The translations under genes were made by a program, and so were the position numbers. The notes under the pieces are model-generated. The model had not been told where the DNA came from and searched no databases. It saw only the letters and a list, made by a program, of their open reading frames with translations. Shown here piece after piece: positions 40,080-50,073 of a stretch of 64,000 nt of DNA. Numbering within the stretch: the first letter of the stretch is position 1; every line of letters starts with the position of its first letter. Source of the stretch: an uncultured delta proteobacterium (lineage in GTDB: Bacteria > Myxococcota > Myxococcia > Myxococcales > Anaeromyxobacteraceae); the NCBI GenBank assembly GCA_963814585.1, contig CAWFDF010000008.1, forward strand, positions 224,001-288,000, given 5' to 3'.

Positions 40080-40865
40080 TCAGGGGGCTGGATCGCGCTC
40101 GCCGAGGCTCGGCACCCAGCTGAGCGCGAAGCCCGGATGGACCAGGACGCCGGGCCACCCCACCAGCTCGGCGACCAGCTCGAACTGCCGGAAGGCCAGG
40201 ATCCGGACGCCGGCAGCCAGCGACAGGTTGGTGGTGGTGCTGGTCAGCTGGTAGCCGTCGCTGGTGACCGTGAACGTCCCATCCACCCTGGCCGCGCCGA
40301 GGCCGGCGTAGGGCGTGAGGGAGACGGAGCCGAGGTCGAAGCGCCACCCGGCCGCCAGGTCGGCCCCGCCGATCCGCGTGATGAGCTGGTCGCGCGTGGT
40401 CGGGTCGGTGACCGGGCTCCTCGAGTCGGCCCACTCGCCGTGCAGGCGCAGCCCCGCCGAGAAGGGGCCGCGGCTCCAGGCCGCGCCGGCCTCGACGCCG
40501 ATCATGCTGGAGCTGACCTGGTTCACCTCGACCGGCGGGATCCAGGCCAGGCCGGCGAAGGCCCGCCAGTCACCGCCGAGCGGGAGCCCGATGCCCGCCC
40601 GAAGCCGCGGAAAGGCGCTGGCGAAGTCGGAGGCCGTCAGCTGGGTCTTGCCGCCCGTGGTGCCGTCGATGACGGGGATGGTGATGACCTCCAGGCCGAG
40701 GCGTAGCTGCAGCGGCGCCAGCCCGGCGGGGGCCTGGAGGGCCGGCAGGGCCACCAGCAGGGAGTGGATCTCGATGAGCCGTTGCTCCTGGTCGAGCATG
40801 GTCTGGGCCCGCGCCGATCCGGCCAGGGCCCCGAGCAGCAGCGCCAGCGACGCCCTGGAGCTCAC
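40080..40865 (-). CDS. Secreted protein, putative outer-membrane beta-barrel
   Basis: Signal peptide ending ARA; alternating aromatic/hydrophobic strands, LTPYAGLG. Confidence 0.55.
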   Translation of the reverse strand: MSSRASLALLLGALAGSARAQTMLDQEQRLIEIHSLLVALPALQAPAGLAPLQLRLGLEVITIPVIDGTTGGKTQLTASDFASAFPRLRAGIGLPLGGDWRAFAGLAWIPPVEVNQVSSSMIGVEAGAAWSRGPFSAGLRLHGEWADSRSPVTDPTTRDQLITRIGGADLAAGWRFDLGSVSLTPYAGLGAARVDGTFTVTSDGYQLTSTTTNLSLAAGVRILAFRQFELVAELVGWPGVLVHPGFALSWVPSLGERDPAP

Positions 40866-41992
40866 GGCGCCGCCCGGGCCAGGCCGGCCGAGTACTGCCC
40901 CAGGGTGTCGAAGCCGGCGTAGTACATGCTCCAGCCGGCGGCATCGAGGAAGACCGAGGGCGTGGTCAGGCCCCCCGAGTCGAAGGCCGGGGCCGGGCTC
41001 ACCCCGAGCGCCGCGCCGTCCGGGCCGGGCTGGGGCAGCTTGATCCAGGTGATGCCGTCGTTCGACTCGGCGTAGCCGATGGTCCCGCGGCTCGGACCGT
41101 TGGCGGCGCCGCGTGCGACGCAGCCGCGGTACCACATGCGGTAGAGCTGCTCACGCTCCTTCACCACGCTGGGCTGGTAGGCGCAGGCGAAGTCGAAGCT
41201 CCCGGCCGGACCGGTGTCGAGGATGGCCCCACCGGCCAGCTTCCCGGGCACCTTGGTCCAGTGGCGCGCGTCGCTCGAGGTGGCCAGGGCCACGCGCCAG
41301 GTGTTGGTGGCGTCGTTGGCCGAGTAGTACATCTTGTACTCCGCACCATCCTTGATCACCCAGGCGTAGCCGACCTGCTGGGAGTCGATGGCCCCGGCGG
41401 GCCCGAGGGGGAGGACGCTGCCACCCGGCCCGTCGCCATCGTAGTGCTTGGACCAGCTGGTGCCATCGTCCGACTCGGCGTAGCCGATGCGCCGGTTCAG
41501 GGCGAGTGTCCCGTCCGGGCAGTTGAACGGCTCGGTGCTGCCGTTGAACCACATCCGGTAGGTGGCTCCGTCCTTGAGCACGACGGGGCGATAGGTGAGC
41601 TGGGAGTCGAACTGGCCCGGCGCCCCGTTGTCGAGCAGGGCGCCGCCGGTGGCGGCTCCCTGGACCCGGGTGAAGCTCACGCCGTCGGTCGACTCGGCCA
41701 GGCCGATGCGCCAGCGCGTGCCGGTGATGCCGGCGCACGAGCCGGTGGCGTCGCTGCCACCATAGTAGAGGCGGATCCGGTCCCCGTCCCGGAAGGCGAA
41801 GGTGGTGAAGTTGGCGCGCTCGTCAAAGGCGGCGAGGGGGCCTGGGCCGAGCAGCGCGCCATTCGGACCGGATCCGGGCACCTTGGCCCACTGGAGCGGC
41901 GTGAGGGGGGCGGTCTCCGCCTGGCACGCGGCGAGGACCATCGCTGTGGCCGCCGCGAGCAGCGGCGTCGCCATGAACCGGTCGTCACGCAT
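40862..41992 (-). CDS. Lipoprotein with five-bladed beta-propeller glycoside hydrolase-like repeats (GH32/43/130-like)
   Basis: Lipobox LAAC; repeated FD...P.V.K.G..Y.MYY.G....IG.AES.DG..W blades. Confidence 0.72.
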   Translation of the reverse strand: MRDDRFMATPLLAAATAMVLAACQAETAPLTPLQWAKVPGSGPNGALLGPGPLAAFDERANFTTFAFRDGDRIRLYYGGSDATGSCAGITGTRWRIGLAESTDGVSFTRVQGAATGGALLDNGAPGQFDSQLTYRPVVLKDGATYRMWFNGSTEPFNCPDGTLALNRRIGYAESDDGTSWSKHYDGDGPGGSVLPLGPAGAIDSQQVGYAWVIKDGAEYKMYYSANDATNTWRVALATSSDARHWTKVPGKLAGGAILDTGPAGSFDFACAYQPSVVKEREQLYRMWYRGCVARGAANGPSRGTIGYAESNDGITWIKLPQPGPDGAALGVSPAPAFDSGGLTTPSVFLDAAGWSMYYAGFDTLGQYSAGLARAAP

Positions 41993-42306
41993 GTTCCCTC
42001 CACGGGTCGCCTGTGATCGATCCCCTAACGGGAGCGCCTCCGGTGCGCCCACGCCGGGAGGGGCCCTCTGGGGGACCTCTTCCCGCCCGGTGCCATCACC
42101 GGAGGGGTCGCCCGTCCCTCCTCCTGGACACCCGAGGGGCGATCGGCGCGCCATGGTCCGGGAAGTTCCGAGGCGCCGCCGCCGACGGCCTCGCCGGGCC
42201 CGTCACCGGCCCTGGGCCACCATGGCTCCGGGACGGGATCAAACCCCCGTGCTCGCGGGGGTTTCCGGTTGTCTCGGCCGCGCGCATGGGCTAGCTTCCG
42301 CGCCCT

Positions 42307-43839
42307 ATGGAAAAGACCTGGATCAAGGACGTCAAGGAAGGCGAGAAGGTCAAGAGCGTCTTCCTGGTCGCCAAGAAGGCCACCCCGACCTCCAAGAGCG
42401 GCAAGACCTACCTGGCGGTCACGCTCCACGACAAGACCGGCGAGCTGGAGGCTCGGGCCTTCGACCGGCTCGACGAGCTGGTCCCGCTCTTCGAGGAGAG
42501 GGACTTCGTCGAGGCCGAGGGGCTCATCGGCACCTTCCAGGGCAAGCCACAGCTCCGCATCGAGACGCTGGTCAAGGCCGACGCCGCGGCGCTCGATGCC
42601 GCCGAGTTCGTCTTCGTCCCGGCCCCCGAGCCCAAGAAGCCGGAGGCCGCGGCCTCCCCCCCGGGCGACGAGCAGGCCTGGACCGAGCTGCTGGCGCTGG
42701 CCGACGCCGTCACCGACCAGCACATCAAGGCGCTCATCGCGTCCTTCCTCGGCGACGAGGACTTCGCCGCCCGGCTGCGACGCTCCCCGGCCGCCAAGTC
42801 GGTCCACCACGCCTACGCCGGCGGCCTGCTGGAGCACACCGTCGCCGTCATGAAGCTGGCCCACCGCCTGGCCGACCAGTACCCCCAGGTCGACCGCGAC
42901 CTGCTGGTGGCCGGCGCCTTCCTGCACGATCTCGGCAAGGTCCGCGAGCTCTCCGGCGATCGGAACGCCGAGTACACCGACGAGGGGAGGCTGGTCGGCC
43001 ACCTGGTGATGGCCGCCCAGTGGATCCACGACAAGGCCCGCCGCGTCGGCATGCCGCGCGACCTCGAGCACCACGTCGTCCACCTGGTGCTGGCCCACCA
43101 CGGCAAGCTGGAGTACGGCTCGCCCAAGGTGCCGATGACCCTCGAGGCCCTGCTCACCCACCACCTCGACGAGATCGACAGCCGCATCAACAGCTGGCTC
43201 AACCTGATGGGTCGCGAGAGCGGGCACCGCCGCTGGACCGACACCAACAACATCTACGAGCAGATGATCTGGCGCGGCGCGCTCCCCACCGAGCAAGCCG
43301 AGAAGAAGGGGCCTCCCGCCGAGGTGATGACGCCGGTCATCTACGTGCCGCGCGGGGCGGGGGGCGGCCAGCCGCAGGGGCAGCCGAAGCGGAAGCAGGA
43401 AAAGAAGCCCCGGCCGCAGCAGCCCCCGCGCCCGGAGCGCAAGCCCGCCGAGCGGGTCACCGAGGCCGGCGCCGAGGCGGCGCCGACCCCGGCGGCTCCG
43501 CGCCCGGAGCGGACCGAGCGCACCGACCGTCCGCCCGATCGTGGCTCGCGCGGTTCGTTCGGCGGTCCCGGCGATCGGAAGAAGGGCTACACCGGTCCGC
43601 GCCTGCCCGGCGACAAGGGTCCACACCGCCCGCCCGGCGACAAGAAGAGCCTCACCCACAGCCCGTTCGCGGCGCTCGCCGCCAAGCTGGGTGACGCCGC
43701 CAGGCCGGCCGAGCCGGCCGTCGAGCCGGCCGAGCCGGCAGCCCCGGCCGAGGCGACCGGGCCGGTGGCGCCGGCCGAGCCGGCGGCTCCCCCCGCCGCC
43801 CCGGAGGCGCCTCCCACCGAGGGGACGCAGCCGGAGTAG
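42307..43839 (+). CDS. yhaM: YhaM/Cbf1-family 3'-5' exoribonuclease (OB + HD) with long low-complexity tail
   Basis: GKTYLAVTLHDKTG, PAAKSVHHAYAGGLLEH, LHDLGK, AHHGKLEYGSPK. Confidence 0.85.
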   Translation: MEKTWIKDVKEGEKVKSVFLVAKKATPTSKSGKTYLAVTLHDKTGELEARAFDRLDELVPLFEERDFVEAEGLIGTFQGKPQLRIETLVKADAAALDAAEFVFVPAPEPKKPEAAASPPGDEQAWTELLALADAVTDQHIKALIASFLGDEDFAARLRRSPAAKSVHHAYAGGLLEHTVAVMKLAHRLADQYPQVDRDLLVAGAFLHDLGKVRELSGDRNAEYTDEGRLVGHLVMAAQWIHDKARRVGMPRDLEHHVVHLVLAHHGKLEYGSPKVPMTLEALLTHHLDEIDSRINSWLNLMGRESGHRRWTDTNNIYEQMIWRGALPTEQAEKKGPPAEVMTPVIYVPRGAGGGQPQGQPKRKQEKKPRPQQPPRPERKPAERVTEAGAEAAPTPAAPRPERTERTDRPPDRGSRGSFGGPGDRKKGYTGPRLPGDKGPHRPPGDKKSLTHSPFAALAAKLGDAARPAEPAVEPAEPAAPAEATGPVAPAEPAAPPAAPEAPPTEGTQPE

Positions 43840-43890
43840 CCCGCCTCCGCCCGGCGGGCACCGCTCGCCGGGCCGTGTTACTGATGCATC

Positions 43891-44622
43891 ATGGTCCCGT
43901 TTGGACGGACGGCAGCGGTCTTCGACGTCGACGACTCCCTCCTCGACGGCAACGCCGGGACCATCTTCACCTGGTACCTCTACCGGCAGAAGGTGATGCG
44001 CCCCGAGGTCCGGGCTCGCATCCCGCGCATCATCTACGAGTACGCCAGGGGCCGCCTCACCGAGCAGGACATGGTCGAGGTGGGCTCCAGCTGCCACGCC
44101 GGGCTCCGCGCCGACGAGCTGAAGGAGCACGCCAGGACCTGCTTCGAGAGGCACCTCCGGAAGCGGATCACCTCCGGCGCCCTCCGTCAGGTCCGCCGCC
44201 ACCTGCTCTCCGGCCACTTCGTGCTGCTGGCCTCCGGGTCACCCCAGTACATCATCGACGAGCTGGCCGCCCACCTGCGCGTCCACGCCGCCATCGGCTC
44301 CCGCGCCGCCATCGTCGGCGGCCACTTCACCGAGCAGCTGATCAAGCCGGTGGTCTTCCGGGAGGGGAAGCGGGAGGCGGTGGAGAAGCTGCTGGAGCGC
44401 TGGGACCTCGACCTGGCGAGGAGCTGGCTCTACTCCGACTCGGCCGCCGACGTGGCGCTCTTCGAGTCGGTCGGACACCCGGTGGTGGTCAACCCCAAGG
44501 AGCCCTTCCGCGAGGAGGCCGAGCGCCGCGGCTGGCCGGTGGTCCGCTGGGCCGACCGGCGCCAGCCCGGCGTCGACCCCGACGCCGACCGGGAGGACGA
44601 ATGGGGCAGCTGGGACGGCTGA
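43891..44622 (+). CDS. HAD-IB family hydrolase
   Basis: FDVDDSL, LASGS, GK, YSDSAAD, VVVNP. Confidence 0.88.
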   Translation: MVPFGRTAAVFDVDDSLLDGNAGTIFTWYLYRQKVMRPEVRARIPRIIYEYARGRLTEQDMVEVGSSCHAGLRADELKEHARTCFERHLRKRITSGALRQVRRHLLSGHFVLLASGSPQYIIDELAAHLRVHAAIGSRAAIVGGHFTEQLIKPVVFREGKREAVEKLLERWDLDLARSWLYSDSAADVALFESVGHPVVVNPKEPFREEAERRGWPVVRWADRRQPGVDPDADREDEWGSWDG

Positions 44623-44634
44623 CCCGCCCTCGCC

Positions 44635-45441
44635 TCAGTCCTGGCCGCCGGACCGCTGCAGGGCCGGAAGCCCGAACAGCCGCCGGGCGTTCTCGGTGGT
44701 CCGCTCGGCCACCACGGCGAGCGGCTGTCCGCGCACCTCGGCCACCTTCTCGGCCACCAGACGGACGTGGGCGGGCTCGTTGCGCCGCCCGCGGAACGGG
44801 ACGGGGGCGAGGAACGGCGCATCGGTCTCCACCAGCAGCCGTTCGTCGGGCACCAGGCGCACCGCCTCGCGGATCGGCTCGGCCGTCCTGAAGGTGACGA
44901 TGCCGGCCACCGAGACGTGCAGGCCGAGGTCGAGGTAGGCGCGCGCCGCTCTCGAGTCGCCGGTGAAGCAGTGGATGACGCCGCCCGCCCTCGGGAGCCC
45001 CTCCTCGCGCAGCACCCGGACGCAGGCCTCCTCCGCCTCGCGAACGTGGATGACCAGCGGCTTCCCGACCCGGTGCGCCAGCCGGATGGAGCGGCGGAAG
45101 CAGGCCTCCTGGACCTCGCGCGGCGACAGGTCGTAGTGGAAGTCCAGCCCGGTCTCCCCCACCCCGACCACCCGCGGGTCCGCAGCCAGCTCGGCCGAGC
45201 GGGCCCAGTCGGCCTCGCTCACCCGGGCGCACTCGTGCGGGTGGACGCCGATGGTGGCGGAGAAGAAGCCGGGCCAGCGCTCCGCCAGCTCCAGCGCGTT
45301 GCCGAAGTCGCCCTCCCTTCGCCACAGGCCGATCGTCACCACCCGCCCCACGCCGCCGCCCCGGGCCCTGGACATCACCCCGTCGAGGTCCCCCTCGAAG
45401 TCCTCGAAGTCCAGGTGGGCGTGGGAGTCGACGAGCACCAC
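44635..45441 (-). CDS. tatD: TatD family nuclease
   Basis: DSHAH, GVHPH, GETGLD, HCFTG, ETDAPFLAP. Confidence 0.93.
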   Translation of the reverse strand: MVLVDSHAHLDFEDFEGDLDGVMSRARGGGVGRVVTIGLWRREGDFGNALELAERWPGFFSATIGVHPHECARVSEADWARSAELAADPRVVGVGETGLDFHYDLSPREVQEACFRRSIRLAHRVGKPLVIHVREAEEACVRVLREEGLPRAGGVIHCFTGDSRAARAYLDLGLHVSVAGIVTFRTAEPIREAVRLVPDERLLVETDAPFLAPVPFRGRRNEPAHVRLVAEKVAEVRGQPLAVVAERTTENARRLFGLPALQRSGGQD

Positions 45442-45442
45442 G

Positions 45443-47539
45443 TCACTTCACCCGCGTGCCCGGAGCGATGCCGTCGCCGACGGTGACCAGCTGCAGATCG
45501 GGGGCCTCGCCGGCCGCCAGCAGCATCCCCTGCGAGGTGATCCCGCGCAGCGGCCGCGGCGCCAGGTTGGCCACCACCACGATCCGCTTCCCCACCAGCA
45601 GCGAGGGATCCGGGTAGGCCTGGGCGATGCCGGCCACGATGGTTCGAGGCTCGGGCTCGCCGAGGTCGACCGTCAGCTGGAGCAGCTTGTCGGCCTTCGC
45701 CACCGGGGCGGCCGCCCGGATGGCGCCGACGCGCAGCTCCACCCTGGCGAAGTCCTCGTACTGGATGACGCCGAAGACGGCCGCCGCAGCCGGCGTGGTG
45801 CTGGCCCGGGCGGCGCCCTCGGCCGGGCTGGACGACCTGGCCCCCTTCCTCGGCGCCGGCGGCTCCACCGGGGCGGCGATCAGCCGCTCGACCTGACCGG
45901 CCTCGAGCCGGGCGATCTGGGGCGGCTTGCCGGCCACCCGGAACGGTCCGTGGAACGGATCGAGCCCCACGTCCCATGGCGGCAACGCCTCGCCGAAGGC
46001 CTCCGCCAGCCGGCCGGCGAACCTCGGCATGATCGGCCGGAGCATGACGGCCACCGCCACCAGCGCCTTGCCGACGTCCCACAGCAGCGCCCGCGAGGCC
46101 GCGGAGCTCGGCGCCTCCCAGGGCTTCCCGTCCTGGATCCGCTTGTTGCAGAGGCTGGCCACCTCGCTGACGTGCCGGACCACCTCGCGGAGCTGGAGCT
46201 CCTGGTAGCGGTCGCGGGCAGCGCCCAGCGCCGCCAGCGTGGCCGCCTGGATCCCCGCCGCCGCGGCGCCCGGGGTCTCGCTGGCCCTCTCGACGACCCC
46301 ACCGCCGCGCTCGACGAGCGCCGCCACCCGGCTGGCCAGGTTGGCGACGTTGTTGGAGAGGTCGGCGTTGATGCGGTTGCGGAACTCCTCGAGCGAGAGG
46401 TCGAGGTCGCTGACGCCAGCCCCGAGGCTGGCCGCGAAGAAGTAGCGGAGCAGCTCCGGGTCCAGCCCCGACTCGAGGTAGGTGCTGGCGTTGATGAAGG
46501 TCCCACGCGACTTGGACATCTTCTCACCGTTCACGGTGAGGTGGCCGTGGACCACCATCCGGTCCGGCCGCTTGACCCCGGCCGCCCAGAGCATGGCCGG
46601 CCAGAAGACGGCGTGGAAGCGGAGGATGTCCTTGCCGATGACGTGCTCCAGCCGCGACGGCGCCCCCTCGGCCAGGTACCTGGCGCGGTAAGCCTCGGGC
46701 GTCAGCCGCCGATCGGCCGGCGCCTCGACGGCGAAGTAGTGCTCGCCGCTGGAGAGGTAGCCGATGGGCGCGTCCAGCCAGACGTAGAGGAACTTCCCGG
46801 GGAAGTCGGGGTCCTTCACCGGGAAGCCGAAGTAGGGGGCGTCGCGGGTGATGCACCAGTCCTGCAGGTCGGCCAGCCAGCCCTTCACCTGCTGGCGAAC
46901 CCCCGGCTCGAGGTGCCCCTCCGCCTCCACCCATCCCTGGATGAGCGCGGCCACCTCGGGCCGGCGCAGGTTGACGTAGGCGTGATCGCTCTGCCGCACC
47001 ACCGGGGGGCGGCCGCAGAGGGCGCAGGCCGGCGCGTCCAGCTCGCGCGGATCGTAGGTGGTTCCGCACTTCTCGCAGACGTCGCCGTACTGGTCGGGCG
47101 TGGCGCACTTCGGGCAGGTGCCCTTCACGAACCGGTCGGGCAGGAAGCGCTGGTCGTGCTCGCAGTAGAGCTGCTCGACCGACTTCTTGTAGATCAGCCC
47201 GCGCGTCTTGAGCCCGTCGTAGATCGCGTAGGCCCAGGCCTGGTTCTCCGGCGAGTGGGTCGTGTAGTAGGTGTCGTGGTCGATGCCGAACTGGCGGAAG
47301 GTCTGGTGCTGGTCCTTCCGGTACATCTCGGCGAAGTCGGCCGGCGCCATCCCGACCTTGCCGGCGTTCACCTCGATGGGCGTGCCGTGGGCGTCGGCGG
47401 CGCAGATCCAGGTGACGTCGTCCCCGATGGACCGCAGGAAGCGGACGTAGACGTCGGTCTGCACGTGCTCGACCATGTGGCCGAGGTGGATGGGGCCGTT
47501 GGCGTACGGCAGGGCGCTGGTCACCAGACGCGTCGTCAT
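45443..47539 (-). CDS. metG: Methionine--tRNA ligase with C-terminal tRNA-binding domain
   Basis: ALPYANGPIHLGH, Zn knuckle, GKDILRFH, KMSKS. Confidence 0.97.
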   Translation of the reverse strand: MTTRLVTSALPYANGPIHLGHMVEHVQTDVYVRFLRSIGDDVTWICAADAHGTPIEVNAGKVGMAPADFAEMYRKDQHQTFRQFGIDHDTYYTTHSPENQAWAYAIYDGLKTRGLIYKKSVEQLYCEHDQRFLPDRFVKGTCPKCATPDQYGDVCEKCGTTYDPRELDAPACALCGRPPVVRQSDHAYVNLRRPEVAALIQGWVEAEGHLEPGVRQQVKGWLADLQDWCITRDAPYFGFPVKDPDFPGKFLYVWLDAPIGYLSSGEHYFAVEAPADRRLTPEAYRARYLAEGAPSRLEHVIGKDILRFHAVFWPAMLWAAGVKRPDRMVVHGHLTVNGEKMSKSRGTFINASTYLESGLDPELLRYFFAASLGAGVSDLDLSLEEFRNRINADLSNNVANLASRVAALVERGGGVVERASETPGAAAAGIQAATLAALGAARDRYQELQLREVVRHVSEVASLCNKRIQDGKPWEAPSSAASRALLWDVGKALVAVAVMLRPIMPRFAGRLAEAFGEALPPWDVGLDPFHGPFRVAGKPPQIARLEAGQVERLIAAPVEPPAPRKGARSSSPAEGAARASTTPAAAAVFGVIQYEDFARVELRVGAIRAAAPVAKADKLLQLTVDLGEPEPRTIVAGIAQAYPDPSLLVGKRIVVVANLAPRPLRGITSQGMLLAAGEAPDLQLVTVGDGIAPGTRVK

Positions 47540-48927
47540 GCAGGTCTCCGCTCCGATCCGCTCGAGCCGAGCAGGCCGAGGAGGACGCGCTCCAGCTGCA
47601 GGCGCGGATCCTGGCCGCTCTTCATGGCCACGTCGGCCTCGTGCAGCGCCACGAGCCCGTCGAGCAGCTCGCCGCGCCCGAACCGGGTCGAGGCCTGGTA
47701 CTTCATCCAGAATCCATAGGGCTTCTTCTTGCCGACTTCCTCGGATGGGATGGTGGGGAAGACCTGCGCTTCCCAGTCCCGCGACGTGCGCAGCACCCGG
47801 TCCCCCACCACGGCCCGCGCCCGCTCCTTCTCCACCACCAGCCGCCGCACCGTCCCGGCCAGGGTGGCCAGCAGCATGTGCGGGCTGCCGCCGTCGCCCA
47901 CCGTGCGGTCCACCACGTCGATCGACGCCGCCAGGTCTCGGGCCTCGACGGCGTTGCCGAGCGCGAAGAAGGGGTCCTCGGCGCTGCGCGTCACCACCTC
48001 GTCGACGTCGTCGGCGCCGATCACCTTGCGGTCCCCGACGAAGGCCACCAGCTTCTGCAGCTCGGAGGCGAGCGTCCGGGCGTCGGCGCCCACCAGCGCC
48101 TCCAGGCGCTCCACCGCACCGGGATCGGCCTTCCTGCCGGTGCCGGCCAGCAGCGTCTGGATCACCGGCCCGAGCACCACGCGGGCGTCGAAGGTCCCCT
48201 CCCTGGGGATGGCCACCTCGACCCGGCGCCCGGCCGCGGCCAGCCGCTTCACGAGCGGCAGCTTGCCGTCCACCTTGCCGGAGGCCACCACCAGCACGTG
48301 GCCCGGCGGCAGGCCTCGCTCCAGCGCCGCGTCGAGCGCGCCCGAGTCGTCCTTGGCGGCCTTCATCTCCCGCTCCACGGCGTAGCCGGCCGCCTCGACC
48401 ACGAAGTCCAGCCCGGCCTCCCCGGGGGCGAAGCCGAACTCCCGCTTCAGCTCCCTGGCGAGCTTCGCCTTGAACCTGGCCGGGTCATCGCCCGGCTCCG
48501 GCCGGAGGTCGGAGGCGCCGAGCCCGGCCTTGGCGCAGAGGGCCAGAAGCCGCCGGGCCGCCTCGCGCTGCCGACCCTCGCTCCACTGGACGCGGGCCTT
48601 CTCGAACGAGTCCTCGACGTCCTCCTTGGAGGTGAGGAAGGCGGGCTCCTGCAGCAGCACCACCTTGTGCCCGGAGGCGAAGAGGCCGCGCGTTCGCAGC
48701 TCGGTGGCCACCTCGGCGGGAGACGCCGCGGCGTCCAGCTCCACCAGGTTGAGGCTCCGCTCCTGCTCGCCGACCAGGGCGAAGGCCAGCTCGCGGCCGG
48801 CTCGCTGCGCCAGGAAGGCGTCGCCGTCGAAGAGGTAGACCGCCGCCGGCCGGCCGGCGGCCGCCTCCGCGAGGCAGTCCTCCAGCGTCGGCCCCGCGGC
48901 CCGGGGCGGCCTGAAGCTACCGGCCAT
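47536..48927 (-). CDS. holA: DNA polymerase III subunit delta
   Basis: VYLFDGD, LASELQKL, ADVAMKSG; follows holB. Confidence 0.8.
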   Translation of the reverse strand: MAGSFRPPRAAGPTLEDCLAEAAAGRPAAVYLFDGDAFLAQRAGRELAFALVGEQERSLNLVELDAAASPAEVATELRTRGLFASGHKVVLLQEPAFLTSKEDVEDSFEKARVQWSEGRQREAARRLLALCAKAGLGASDLRPEPGDDPARFKAKLARELKREFGFAPGEAGLDFVVEAAGYAVEREMKAAKDDSGALDAALERGLPPGHVLVVASGKVDGKLPLVKRLAAAGRRVEVAIPREGTFDARVVLGPVIQTLLAGTGRKADPGAVERLEALVGADARTLASELQKLVAFVGDRKVIGADDVDEVVTRSAEDPFFALGNAVEARDLAASIDVVDRTVGDGGSPHMLLATLAGTVRRLVVEKERARAVVGDRVLRTSRDWEAQVFPTIPSEEVGKKKPYGFWMKYQASTRFGRGELLDGLVALHEADVAMKSGQDPRLQLERVLLGLLGSSGSERRPA

Positions 48928-49954
48928 GGAACCACCCGATGAGCATCCGCTCGATGGCCAGCGGCGCCGTGGCGTTCTGCCGGAGCGCAGCCAGCAGCCG
49001 CTCCACGAATCCGCGGCGCCGCAGCGCCTCGGCCGGCGTGAGCGCCCCGGCGGCGCGGCGGGTGACCGCCTCGAGCTCGGCCAGCGCCAGCGCCTCGCCG
49101 CCCGCCTGAGCCACCAGCACGTCGCGCCACCAGACCAGCAGGAGCTCGCCCAGGCCACCCGCCGCCTCGCGGTCCTGGCCGTGCGCGCGCGCGAAGGCGA
49201 CCCAGCGGCCGGCGTCGTCGGCGGTGAGCGAGGCCGCCCCTTCCAGCGCCGCGCGCCGCTCGGCCAGCGACTCGGCGTCGAGCGCGAGCGCCCGTGACAG
49301 CGAGCCGCCGGAGACCGCCGCCGCCAGCCGCGCCGCCTCGGCCGGTTGCCCGGCCGACTCCAGGCGCGCGCGGATGACCGTCTCCGGCAAGGGCGAGAAG
49401 GCCACTCGCAGGCAGCGGCTCTTGATGGTCGGCAGGAGTGCGTCCGGGCTCGAGGAGACCAGCACCAGGGTGGTGGCGTCGGGGGGCTCCTCCAGCGTCT
49501 TGAGCAGCGCGTTCTGGGCCTGGACGTTCATGGCGTCGGCGGGGTCGATCACCACCACGCGGCGGCGCCCCTCGAACCGGCGCATCGAGAGGCGGTGGTC
49601 GACGAGATCGCGAACCTGGTCCACCACGATCTCGCGCGACGGGGTCCGCCCGCTCCGGGGCTCCCAGCGGCCGGCCTTGGCCATGACCCGCTCCTCGGCG
49701 AGGAGGTAGACGTCGGGGTGGGTGCCGTGGGCGATCTTGCGGCACGGGCCGCACTGGCCACAGGGATTGTCGAGCGCCCCCTCCCCCGGGGCCGCCTCGC
49801 AGTTGGCGGCCTGGGCCAGCAGCCGGGCCGCCGTCCCCTTCCCCACCCCCTCCGGTCCGCCCAGCAGGTAGGCGTGGTGGAGGCGGCCGCGCCGGAGCGC
49901 GGCCCGGAGGACGCCGACGGCGCGATCCTGCGCCTGGAGCTCGGAGAAGGGCAT
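48917..49954 (-). CDS. holB: DNA polymerase III subunit delta'
   Basis: HAYLLGGPEGVGK, CGQCGPC, HPD, NALLKTLEEPP, PTIKSRC. Confidence 0.93.
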   Translation of the reverse strand: MPFSELQAQDRAVGVLRAALRRGRLHHAYLLGGPEGVGKGTAARLLAQAANCEAAPGEGALDNPCGQCGPCRKIAHGTHPDVYLLAEERVMAKAGRWEPRSGRTPSREIVVDQVRDLVDHRLSMRRFEGRRRVVVIDPADAMNVQAQNALLKTLEEPPDATTLVLVSSSPDALLPTIKSRCLRVAFSPLPETVIRARLESAGQPAEAARLAAAVSGGSLSRALALDAESLAERRAALEGAASLTADDAGRWVAFARAHGQDREAAGGLGELLLVWWRDVLVAQAGGEALALAELEAVTRRAAGALTPAEALRRRGFVERLLAALRQNATAPLAIERMLIGWFHGR

Positions 49955-50026
49955 CGGGCTGCGGAAGATATCACGGGGCCCCCTCGACGGGCCCGACCCG
50001 CGGCACGCCCGCGGACGGCGCCGGAA

Positions 50027-50054
50027 TGGACAGGTGGCTCGCGGGGTCTACAAT
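50027..50054 (+). promoter_or_regulatory. Sigma-70-type promoter of divIVA
   Basis: TGGACA-16 bp-TACAAT. Confidence 0.6.
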
Positions 50055-50073
50055 TCCGGCTCCGGAGCCGACC

